Source: Octopus vulgaris
Taxonomy: Eukaryota
DNA length: 64,000 nt
Assembly (NCBI GenBank): GCA_951406725.2
Contig: OX597834.1
Coordinates: 40,548,001-40,612,000, forward strand
Reading direction: 5' to 3'
The notes below the pieces were generated by a model, which saw only the letters and a list, made by a program, of their open reading frames with translations, was not told the origin of the DNA and searched no databases. The position numbers and the translations under genes are program-made. Below are positions 32,742 to 45,100 of the stretch, piece after piece (position 1 is the stretch's first letter; every line of letters begins with the position of its first letter).

Positions 32742-32858
32742 TCAAAGAAGAGAGAAGTGCTGACACAACTGCTGCAGCAGCTCCTTCGACTCTGTGTGCT
32801 GCGGGAAGGCCTTCAATGCCTTCAGCACAGCATTGTAACTGCCCTGCAGATCACCAAG
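32742..32858 (-). CDS. TTC8: TTC8 last coding exon (LGDLQGSYNAVLKALKAFPQHTESKELLQQLCQHFSLL*)
   Basis: acceptor accag|CTT; TGA at 32744-32742; GDLQ.SY...AFP.H C-terminal motif. Confidence 0.95.
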   Translation of the reverse strand, partial: LGDLQGSYNAVLKALKAFPQHTESKELLQQLCQHFSLL

Positions 32859-35746
32859 CTGGTTGTGGAGAGAGAGAGAGAAACAATGAGAAACAATTAG
32901 CATTCATCAGTGAAGATGTTGGTAGTCAAAGACAAAATGAAGAGGAATAAATCATGAAAGACAGCACTGGTGCTGATGCCATGTAAAAAGTGACCGGTAC
33001 ATTCTGTAGTGGGTGGCATTAGGAAAGGCATCCGACCAAATAAACCATGCCAAAGAACCCTCACCAGTGCTGATGCTATGTAAAAAGTGACTGGTACATT
33101 CTGTAGTGGGTGGCATTAGGAAAGGCATCCGACCAAATAAACCATGCCAAAGAACCCTCACCAGTGCTGATGCTATGTAAAAAGTGACCGGTACATTCTG
33201 TAGTGGCTGGCATTAGGAAAGGCATCCGACCAAATAAACCATGCCACAGCACACTCACCAGTGCTGGTGTCATGTAAGAGGCACCCAGTACATCTCTGTA
33301 AAGTAAAGTGGTTGGAATTAGGAAGGGCATCCAGCCTTAGAAACAGTGCCAAAGCAGACCTTGCTGGTGCTGGTGCCATGTAAAAAGTGATCGGTACATT
33401 CTGTAGTGGCTGGCATTAGGAAAGGCATCCGACCAAATAAACCATGCCACAGCACACTCACCAGTGCTGGTGTCATGTAAGAGGCACCCAGTACACTCTG
33501 TAAAGTGGTTGGAATTAGGAAGGGCATCCAGCCTTAGAAACAGTGCCAAAGCAGACCTTGCTGGTGCTGGTGCCATGTAAAAAACCACCCAGTATACTCT
33601 GCAAAGTGGTTGGGATTAGGAAAAGTATCCAGCTGTAGAAACCATACCAAAAGTTGACAATGGAACCTGGTGCCAGCTCCAGTCAAACTGTCCAACCCAT
33701 GCCAGCATGTTAAACAGAAGTTAAAGGATGATGATCTTCATTGTCTTATTGTATGTGTAAAATATAAAATGGATAAATACATCAGAAGTGAATGAACCAA
33801 CAAGGGTGCATTTATGTGGTCATATGATCCAGCTAGACATAGCAGCCAAATCTCAAATCCCACCTTTCAGTCTTAAAACAGGAAGGAAATCTTCCTTCTC
33901 TTTCAGCCTCCTTGTGATCTCACTGTACCAGTTGTACACCTCGTGTATGACAGTGATACAACCAGCATGTGATATCAACACAGGGGCACACACAAACACG
34001 CATGCACACACATACACACATTCTACAGAGGTTTTGGAGGATTTCAGATCACTGATGCGATGACATCTCTATTCATTCACGGTCACATGACCAAGAAGGT
34101 AAGACAGAACAGCGACAAAAGAACCAGAGGGCGAAAGTGTGATGTGAGAAAAAGAATAACAGGGACAAGAGGGAGAGAGAGAGAGATGTGTCTGAGCCGT
34201 TAATGTTTTGTGCAGAGGCTCTTTTTCAATTTAAAGAAGACAGAAAATAGAAAGGAAATTGCTGTAAATGTATTAATACCTTCTCGTTGAGTGCAGCATA
34301 GTTGTAATGTGGTTCAAACATGTGTGGAGCCAAAACAAAAGCAGACTGATAGAAAGACCTTGCCTAGAGAATAGAAAAACAAAAAGGAAACCATGAGACA
34401 TTATTTGGATAAAAGAAATATCTTATAAAAGAGAAATAGTCTTCATAAAATCCTACATTTTACATCTATATAATAGAAATGAGAAGTAAATAATAATAAC
34501 ACTTTCTACTAAAGGCACAAGGCCTGAAATTTGGAGGAGGGGGTAGTTAATTATATTGACCCCAGTGCGTAACTGGTACTTATTTTATCAACCCTGAAAG
34601 GATGAAAGGCAGTCGACCTTGGCAGAATTTGAACCCAGAATGTAGTGGCAGCCGAAATGCTGCTAAGCATTTTGCTTGGCATGCTAATGATTCTGCCAGC
34701 TTGCCGCCTTCTTAATAATAATAATAATAATAATAATTTCAAATTTTTGCCACAAAGACAGCTTGGGGGAGGTGGGGGTGAGTCGATTACATTGACCCCA
34801 GTGCACAACTGGTACTCCGAAAAGATAAAAGGCAAAGTCGACCTTGGCAGAATTTGAACTCGGAACGTAAAGACAGACGAAATAGCACCAAGCATTTCAT
34901 CCAGCATGCTAATGATTCTGCCAATTCGCCTCCTTAGTAATAATAATAATCATAATCCTGTCTAATAGAGGGAGGAGGAGGAGAATAGGTGAGCAGAGGA
35001 GGAGGAGAGGAAAGAGAAGGGTGAGAAGAGATGGAGAAGGAGGGGGAAACAAGCCAAAAAACAGATTAAATTAATTCAAAAGTTTTCGAAAATCTGCAGA
35101 AAAAAAAGAACCTAACAAGTAAGAGATGCTGCTGTTACCATTTCCAAATGTCCTCTCTTTAACTCAATAACCCCAAAGTTATTGTAAGCTTCAGCATGGT
35201 CGTTGTTGTTAGAGAGGGCCATCCTGAAACACTGGTGAGCCAGATCAAGGTCACCAATTCCCTAAAAAAAATATATAACAATCATTAGCATGAAGACAAC
35301 AACAACAATGATGATTTTATGATTCAGTGTGACCATGAGATAGAGAATAGGAAGCCAGACATGGTCTTAATTGAGAAAGAAAACAAACTATGCTGGATCG
35401 TAGATATAGCATGCCAAGTTGACAACAAGGTATGCGATAAGGAAGAAAGAAAAGTCGATAGGTATGACAGGTTAGCTTGGGAGGTAAAGCAGTTGTGGTC
35501 GATGAAAAAGGTGGTAGTGGTACCAGTAATTGTCAGAGCCCTGGGAACAGTGAGCAAAAATCTTGAGAAGTACATGGAACAAATAGGGGCTGCAATAAGG
35601 GTGGAGCACTTGCAGAAAACAGCACTGCTTGGAACCACTCAAATACTCCAGAAGGTGCTCGAAAAATAAGAGGTGTTACCTTAGTTCACTGGTAGTGAAC
35701 AACTGACACTGTAGTACATCTCCAATGTTAGAAGCTGTGCAAAAGC

Positions 35747-35779
<33 letters not shown>

Positions 35780-38700
35780 TCCATATTTTGGCACAAGGCC
35801 AGCAATTTCATAGGAGTGGTCTAGTTGATTGTATCAACCCTAGTGTTCAACTGGTACTTGCATTATCGACCCTGAAAGGGATGAAAGGCACAGTTGACCT
35901 CAATGAATTTTGAACTCAGGACGTAAAAATGGAGAAAATGCTGCTAAGGCATTTTGCCTGGCATTATAACAAGTCTGTTGGTCCACCACCTTATTTTCAA
36001 ATTTTGGCACAGAGACAGTAGTTCCTGAGGTGGGGGAGAGTCAATTGCCTCACCCCCAGGGCTCAATGAGTTTCAATACAAAATATATATCATAAACACA
36101 GAAATAGAGAAGAATATAAAATATGAGAATAACAGTACAGAAGAATATAAACATGGGAATGATGGTGGATAAGAATATAAGAATAACAGCAGGGAAGAAT
36201 ATAAACATGAGGATAACAGTACAGAAGAATATAAACATGGGAATAACAGTGGAGAAGAATGTAAATATAAGAATAACAGTAGAGAGGAATATAAACATAA
36301 GGAGAGTGAGAAGAGAGAGGGAAAAAGAGCAACTTACAATGGCTACATGTCCCACATTGTACCAGATATCTGCCAGAACCATGTTGTCATCAGCCAAAGC
36401 CAAGGCCTTGCTGAAACACACCATTACCATATCAAACTGCTGGGCATAGAAACAACAAAGGCCCATGTTGCAGAACAACTCAGACTTGTACACCCCCATC
36501 TGGAGCAGCCGCCTACACAGAAAGTCAAAAGGAATTGTCATATTAGAAGAGGTTAAATACTACCGAACATGCATCTATATACGTTTAATTTATATATGTG
36601 TGTATATGTGTGTATATATCATCATTACTATTGTGGTTTTAATGTCCATTTTTTTTCCATGCTTGCATAGGTCAGACAGGATTCGTTGATGCAGATTTTA
36701 TATGGCCAGATGCCCTTGCTGTCACCAACCCTCAAATGTTTTCCAAGCAAGACATAATTTCATAGCAGACTGGTAACAAAGGCCACTGTTTGAATAATGG
36801 TGATGTTCATTTACAACTGTTGGGTGATGTTAACACCAGAAGACACACAAGCACCCAGTATGGGATTGAGGCAGTATTACATTAAAATAGTCATTTCAAA
36901 ACATGTAGAATGAAGGATGACAGTTTCAACACTACTTATAAAGTTTTTTAAAGTCTTGTAAAGTCTAATATATTCTTTTGTAGTCTTATTCCATCTTATA
37001 AATATTTTGCAATAAAATACTTACTGCGGAGAGACTTTTTGAACAGCCTGTATTAAAAATGCGTATTGAGTAAATGTATGTTGTTCAAGGAGTTAATGAG
37101 TTAATGCGTGATGTGAAATGTGTGAGGTGAAATGTGCAATGTGAAATGTGCAATGTGAAATGTTTTATGCATGTTGTGTAATTTGTGATGTTCACCTAAA
37201 CAATTCAAAACAATGCTCCAGTATGACCACACTCCAACAACTGAAACAAGTAAAAGATAAAATACCTTCTCCCTCTCCCCCTCTGCTTCCCTGTTTCTCA
37301 TCTTTTTCATTCTCACCCTCTCTCTCTCTCTCTCTCTCTCTCACTCACTCCATCTCTCTCATTCTCCCTTCTCCATCTCTCCTACCCCTACTGCTCTCCC
37401 AGCCTCCCTCTGTTTCTCATCTTTTTCCTTTCTCACCTTCTCTCCATTGCTCTCTCTTTTTCACTCTCCCTTCTCCATCTCTCCTACCTCTCCCTCCTTT
37501 CTACATCCCTCCCACCCTCTCTCCTTTCGTGCCCCAAGCAATCGAATCCGTCCTTCAGCCCTACCTGAAGTACTTGAGGGCCACTTCAGGCTGATCGTTG
37601 TAGAAATGGTTTGTGGCAATACACGCTATGGCTTCCACTTGCATGCTGTCCAATTCCAGCACCTTGCGGTAGTACTTCACAGACTCTTCCAGCTGGTTCA
37701 GGCTCTGCCAATTAAAAAAAGGGAGGAGAAGAGGAAGAAGAAGAAGAAGAAGAATTCATAAACAGAGATGAGACGAGATACGGAAGCTAAAAGAAAGAAA
37801 AAAAGGAAAGAGAAGAGAGAAGGAAAGAAAAAGAGAAAAGAAGACAGAAAAGAGGGAGGAGGGGGGGAGGAGGGGGGGAAGAAGAGAGCAGATAAGATGA
37901 AGAGGAAGCAAAGTAGACAGAAAAGATAAATGAGAAAGAAAGAATTCAGGGGAAAAAGAAAAGAAAGAATATGGACTATGACTACTACTACTACTACAAC
38001 AACAACCACAACAGCAACAATAAAGAGAAATGAAAATAAAACAAACCCAAAATAACAACAAGGAAATAGAAAATGTTAAAGTTAAATAATTCTAACAAAA
38101 AAAGGTGAAAGTAATTCTGTTCTGTGACCTGCTTGGCATTTGGAAGGACATCCAGCCGTAAGAACCGTGCCAATCTAAGTAATACTGTTAGCCTGGTGAG
38201 TCAACAGAGAGCTTATGAAGTATTATGCCCAGATTGATAATCCCCTGCTATTTTTGCTACATGTGTATGTATGTGTGTGTCTGTATCTTTCTGTATGTGT
38301 TTGTTCCCCCCCTTCATCACTTGACAACCTGTGTTGTTGTGTTTACATCCCCATAACTTAGCGGTTCGGGAAAGAGACAATAGAATAAGTGCTAAGCTTA
38401 AAAATAAGCCCTTGGGTTGAATTGTTCAACAAAAACACTTTACAGCGGTGCTCCAGCATGGCTACATTAGCTCCCTCTTAGTAATACAACATTTCTCTCT
38501 CTTATACAGTCTGTACATAATTATTTAGTTATTCATTAATTTTTTTAAAGATAATCAACAAAATATTATAGAATTTTCCAAAGACAGAGAACCAAATATA
38601 CTGAAATACGTAATCCATCTTATAGTATTGTTTTATTTGGAATAAGAAAGATGGAAAGTAAACAGCAAAGCACCAGACTTCATGTCTGCCAATATATTAT

Positions 38701-40876
38701 TCCATCTTCCAAGATTCTTTGTTCATGTCTTATTAGTTTTGCCCATCCCAAGAGTCTTGTGCTGATGTCTCTGACACATTTTTGGTATTAGTGCCAATTT
38801 ATGAAATCAGTATTTCACTGGGAATTGACTTCTGACACAAATAGAAGAATATTGACAAGCAGCAAAATCGATAAGCTACAAGACAACTAATTCCATTCAT
38901 AAACTTGGTAGATTTGATTAATTAATGGAAGGTCAGCATGATCTCTTCCACTGGACCAACAGATCGAAGAGAACAGGTTATCTTCAGACCAGAAATCCAG
39001 TTTGAATGCTTGCAAGAATATGGACTTTCCAAACAGCTGCCAAAGACCAGGTGATGATGTCAAATTATATCGGAACAAATTCAATAACAAAGTGTGTTAC
39101 CCTGATTCCATCAATATTAACCCTTTCGATACCAAACTTCCTGAGACTGACCTACGTTCTACGATACAAACATCGTGTTTTTACAGTGTTCTTAATTTAA
39201 ATATTCAATAATATTCGTAAAAAGCACCCACTACACTCACGGAGTGGTTGGCATTAGGAAGGGCATCCAGCCGTAGAAACACTGCCAGATCTGACTGGGC
39301 CTGATGCAGCCTTCCGGCTTCACAGACCCCAGTCGAACCGTCCAACCCATGCTAGCATGGAAAACGGACGCTAAATGATGATGATGAATAATTAATTTAA
39401 ATATTCCAAGCTGTTGGAATTGTAACTGTAGCAGGCAAAATGCTTAACATTATTTCATCTGGAGTAAAGATTTTTACCAACATAACATGGGCAGTCCTGG
39501 TTTAGGACGAATGTTGCTGTAATTTAACCCCAGGAGACATCATCTCCAGTTGACTATATGACACGATCTGTGTCCTTATATTTTCAAACAAGGACTAAAC
39601 CAGGACTGCCATGTATGTTGGCAAAAATTTTTACTCCAAAGTACTGTTGCTGAATGTCTTTCGTTGTGAGATTTAAAAATAGTAATTTTCTAAGTATTTC
39701 ATCTGTCTTTACATTCTGAGTTCAAATTCTGCCACAGTCAACTTTGTCTTTCATCCTTTTGGGATAGATAAAATAAGTACCAGTTGATAATTGTGGTCAA
39801 TGTAATTGACTTATCCCCTCCCACCAAATTGCTGGCTTTGTGTCAAAATTTGAAACCAGTTTAAACTTTCTATCAAACTTCCATGTGAATTTATGCTCAA
39901 AACTCTGACTTAATAATTAAACCAACTTACTTCATAAATCCTGGCAATGCCAATCAGCAGAGTTACCTCTCCTGCAAACCTGTTCAAGCCACTTTTGTAC
40001 ATGTCGATGGCGTTGAGAGGCTGGTCCAACTTCACGTAGACTTTACTGATGTAATGATAAATGGCCACAGTCTCTTGTTCACTCAGAGCTTGCTTCAAAT
40101 ACACCTCAGCATCACGATACAGACCCATCCTGTACAAAATAGAATAACACATAATACAACGTTTTCGGGATTTGGTTTGCAAGATTCTTTATATGAGTTC
40201 ATATTGAAAAGGTTGCAAGACGCAACGAAAATTTTAGGACAATAAAAATAAGAAAAACGTGGAAATTTTAGCGGTGAGTGTGTTACATAATAAGGCACAA
40301 AAAGAAAATGACTCTCCCCAGACACAATAGAACATAATACATTTTAAAATTGGAATTAAAATAAAAATATGCTTCAGGTTCACTCCCACTGCGTGACCCC
40401 TTGGGCAAGTGTTTTCTACTAAAACCCCAATGCTTTGCAAATAAATTTGGTCGACAGAATTTGGTGTCGAAGCTTGTTGTGGCTGCGTGGTAAGATATTT
40501 GCTTCCCAACCACACAGTTCTGGGTTCAGTCCCATTGTGTGACACATTGCATATCTTCCTCTATAGCCTCAGGCCAGCAAAAGCCTGTGAGTGGATTTCA
40601 TAGAAGGAAACTAAAAGAAGCGTGTGTCATGTAAATGGCATCCATGAAATCGTAGTTGTGGCCATTGCCAGAGTCATGTAAATTGTACCCTTAATACTCT
40701 TGGGGTGGTTGGCATTAGGAAGGGCATCCAGGTGTAGAAACCATGCCGATTCAGATTGGAACCTGGTGCCGCCCTCTGGCTTACCAGTTCCGGTCGAACC
40801 ATCCAAGCCAAGCAAGCATGGAAAGCAGACGTTAAATGATGATGATGATGATGATGATAAAACCACCTCCCTGGTG

Positions 40877-40925
<49 letters not shown>

Positions 40926-42052
40926 ATATATATATGTGTGTATGTATGTACATATGTATATATACATACATATATACATACACACACATCTACATATATA
41001 CACATACATACATACATAGACAGGCATATATATAGAAAGGTATATATCAGCTCTGTAGGCCGTTTGCCAGCTCTGTAGGCCGTTTGCCAGTTCTGTGGCC
41101 GTTTGCCAGCTCTGTGGCCATTTGCCAGCTCTGTGGCCGTTTGCCAGCTCTGTCTGGCACCTGTGCAGGTGGCACGTAAAAAGTACCCACTACACTCACG
41201 GAGTGGTTGGCGTTAGGAAGGGCATCCAGCTGTAGAAACACTGCCAGATAAGACTGGGCCTGATGAAGCCTTCCGGCTTCACAGACCCCAGTTGAACCGT
41301 CCAACCCATGCTAGCATGGAAAACGGACACTAAATGATGATGATGATGATGATGATATATATATACACACACACACACGCGCACGCACACACACACACAC
41401 ACACACAGATGGAGTGACAGGTGATGAAGAGAGAGATAAAGGTAAAAGAAGAATCACCTGTAGCAGCACTTGGCATAATGGAATTGCCACCACCAGACCT
41501 GGTCCTTGCTGTTTTTCAAGGCCATATTTGCAAACTTTGAAGCCTGTCAAATAAACATAAACGGAAAAATGAAACATGGATGGTCTTCATCGACATCTTC
41601 TTCCTTCTTCACATTTGCTGTGGTTTAATGGCCTGCATTTTTAAACTTTAGCTTGTTTCAATCGCTGGACTGCAACCATACTGGGGCAACATCATGAAGG
41701 GTTTACTTGAACAAATCAACCTTAGAGCTTCTATTTTCAAAATCTTTTTCTATCAATGTATTTTGTTGAGCTGCTAAGTTACAGAAACATAACTGAACCA
41801 ACACTGGTTGTCAAGTAACGGAAGAACACATACACACACAAACACACACACAACATTCTTTGTGTTTATGTCTGTCCCCCGCACCCATCACTTGACAGCT
41901 GGTGTTGGTTTGTTTACATCCCTGTAACTTAGTGGTTCAGCAAAAGCGATTGATAAAATAAGTACCAGACTTTAAAAAATAAGCACTAAGATGCCTCAGC
42001 ATGGCCACAGCCCCATGGCTGAAACAAGTTAAAGATAAAACATAAAACAAAA

Positions 42053-42106
<54 letters not shown>

Positions 42107-45100
42107 ACCCCTAAAGGATAAAAGGCAAAGTAGACCTTTGCCTTTTATCCTTTAGAGGTCAATAAAATAAGTACCAGTTGAATACTGGGGTCGGCATAAT
42201 CGAATTACACCTTTCCCAAACTTGCTGGCTTTGTGCCAAAATTTCAGACCAACATTTACATTTATATTCTTCTTCAATCAATTCGATTTTCAGTTGTTAT
42301 TAGTGATTTATTCATGAATATGGACATTGGCAGAGGCTGGATTTGAACTTGGAACTTTTATTTCTAAATGAAGAGTACAGACATCCATGTCTACCCAGAC
42401 ACAGTTGAGAATATGTTCATCTTCGCATTACCTAAGTAAAAAGAAGAAAAAAAATGATACTCTTACCGTTCGAATGTCATTCTCGTGATAGAAAATATAT
42501 TCAAAGAGAGACTTGGATAATTCCGGACGAAGTGAGTATTTACTCAAGTTCAAACGGGCCAAATTGATGAAAGCACCATCAGGTGAGGAAACCATAGAGG
42601 CCTGCAACAAAAGAAAACAGCAACGTTAATTAAATCATTGAATAAATGATTGCTTGGTAACACTAGCGTAGCTAGGAACTGGACAGTCAACCTTTTGCTC
42701 CACATATGACCATCAACCTGACCAGTGTGAAGTTGCTTATAAGCATTGCTGGCACTTGTGCTGGTGGCACATGAAAAAACATTCGAGCAAGGTCGTTGCC
42801 AGTGCTGCTGGACTGGCTCTTGTGCAGGTGGCACGTAAAAAACACCATTTGAGCATGGCCATTGCCAGTACTGCCTGATTGGCCTTCGTGCCAGTGGCAT
42901 GTAAAAGCACCCACTACACTCTTGGAGTGTTTGGCGTTAGGAAGGGCATCCAGCTGTAGAAACTCTGCTAGATCAAGATTGGAGCCTGGAGCAGCCATCT
43001 GGTTCGCCAGTCCTCAGTCAAATCGTCCAACCCATGCTAGCATGGAAAGCGGATGTTAAACAATGATGATGATGATGATGGGAATAAATAAGCGTTTGAC
43101 AGAAAAATCCAAATGCTAAAGGGTTAATAGGAAGAATAAAAATCTACTTACTGTCCCCAGCCGCACATATCTAGCAGATGTTGAGCTGACTGGCCGAGCT
43201 GTGTGTGCAGTGCGTGCAGTCTGAAGTGCTGACTCCATGGTGCCTGGTCTGCTTGACTGAGTTCCTGGACGAATAAAACCAGTCACTGGACGACCAGACT
43301 GTGTCACAGGTCTGTCAAATACACATAAAAGCACATGAGAAACACTTCATTCCAATCAAATAATATATTATTAATGCATTCTTGGAAAATTTCCTCTGGT
43401 TCTCCTTATTTTAAGACATTGACCAATAGTTGTGATACCTGTGCTGGTGGCACGTAAAAAGCATCATCTGAACGTGGCTGATGCCAGCGCCACCTTGACT
43501 GGCTTCTGTGCCGGGGGGCACATAAAAAGCACCAACCGATCATGGCCGCTGCCAGCCTCCCTTGGCACCTGTGCCAGTGGCACGTAAAAAGCACCCACTA
43601 CACTCACGGAGTGGTTGGCGTTAGGAAGGGCATCCAGCTGTAGAAACTCTGCTAGATCAAGATTGGAGCCTGGTGCAGCCCCTGGTCGAACTGTTCAACC
43701 CATGCTAGCATGGAAAGCGGACGCTAAATGATGATGATGATGTATCAATATCAGAAAGAAAACATTTCCAAAGACATTTTACATGCCACCAGCACAGGTG
43801 CCAGGGGAGGCTGGCAACAGCCACAATCAGTTGGTGGTTTTTAGGTGCCACTGACACAGAAGCGTTGGCATCGGCCACATACGGCCGATGTCAGACAGAA
43901 TTTTGTTGGGGTAGATTTTTCCACTGCCGGATGCCCTTCCTGGGACCAACCCTCACCTATTTCCAGCTAAGGTAATATTTCCTCATGGCCAGACATGAGT
44001 CTTTCACAGAAAACAAGAAACGAACAACATCGCTTGTATGATGGTGATGCTCGTTTGCAAACATCTCATGATACTGGGACACACACACACACACACATAT
44101 ATAGATATAAAAGTGTACGTGTGAATGTATATATGAATATATCTGTATTTGCATCTATGTATACACACACATGCACACAATGGACTTCTTCTAGTTTCTG
44201 CTTACCAACCCCACTGACAAGACTTTGGTCAACACAAAGTTAAAGCAGAAGACACTGGCCCAAAGTGCCACACAATGGGACTGAACTCAAAACCACATGG
44301 CTGGAAAGCAAGCTTCTTAACCACACACCCACACTTGCCCCAAGAAGTGATTAAAACCTCAATGTTTTATTAAACCTGAAAAGATAGAAGGCAAAGTCAA
44401 CTCTGATAAACATAAAGAAAAAACAATAACGACAATAATAAATTGAAGGAAGAGAAACAAACCTGATTGCAGGGTTTATACCATCCGGCCTGGATTCCAG
44501 TGAGCTTGATTGCAATGAAGTCCCTGGACGTACATTCTGAGCAAGGGCATTTTCATCAAGAATACTCTCTGCAATTGTTTCTTCTTCCAAATCTGCATCG
44601 TCGACATAAACCTGCTCAGTCAATGCCCGTGTTTTCAATGACCAGGCTGCCTAAACCAGAACAAAATAAAAATAATAATTCTAGATGTTTGAGAAAAAAA
44701 AACTGCTTTTAATTTTATGTAATTGTTGTGGCAGATGACCCCAGGTAGAGAAGTGGGCTGGTCCACTCCTAATAAATAGTGGACGGACACAGTCAGTAAT
44801 GTCGGTCAGTGAGGTACGTTGTTTGGGTCAGTCCCACAGACAACGAAATATATCTATTTCTTTACTACCCACAAGGGGCTAAACACAGAGAGGACAAACA
44901 AGGACAGACAAACGGATTAAGTCGATTACATCGACCCCAGTGCGTAACTGGTACTTATTTAATCGACCCCGAAACGAAATATATCGTCATAATGAGGGAC
45001 ATAACAGTGACGATGAGGCTTTAAAATATCTTCTCCATTTGTATTTGCTATTATCTACGTTCTGTAACTAAATCGAAATCTAAAATAAAAGAAATAATTA

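Noticed and set aside
32964-33735. ~100-bp periodic array as a CRISPR-like or tandem ncRNA cluster
   Set aside because: Whole units are homologous to a dispersed SINE; there are no unique spacers
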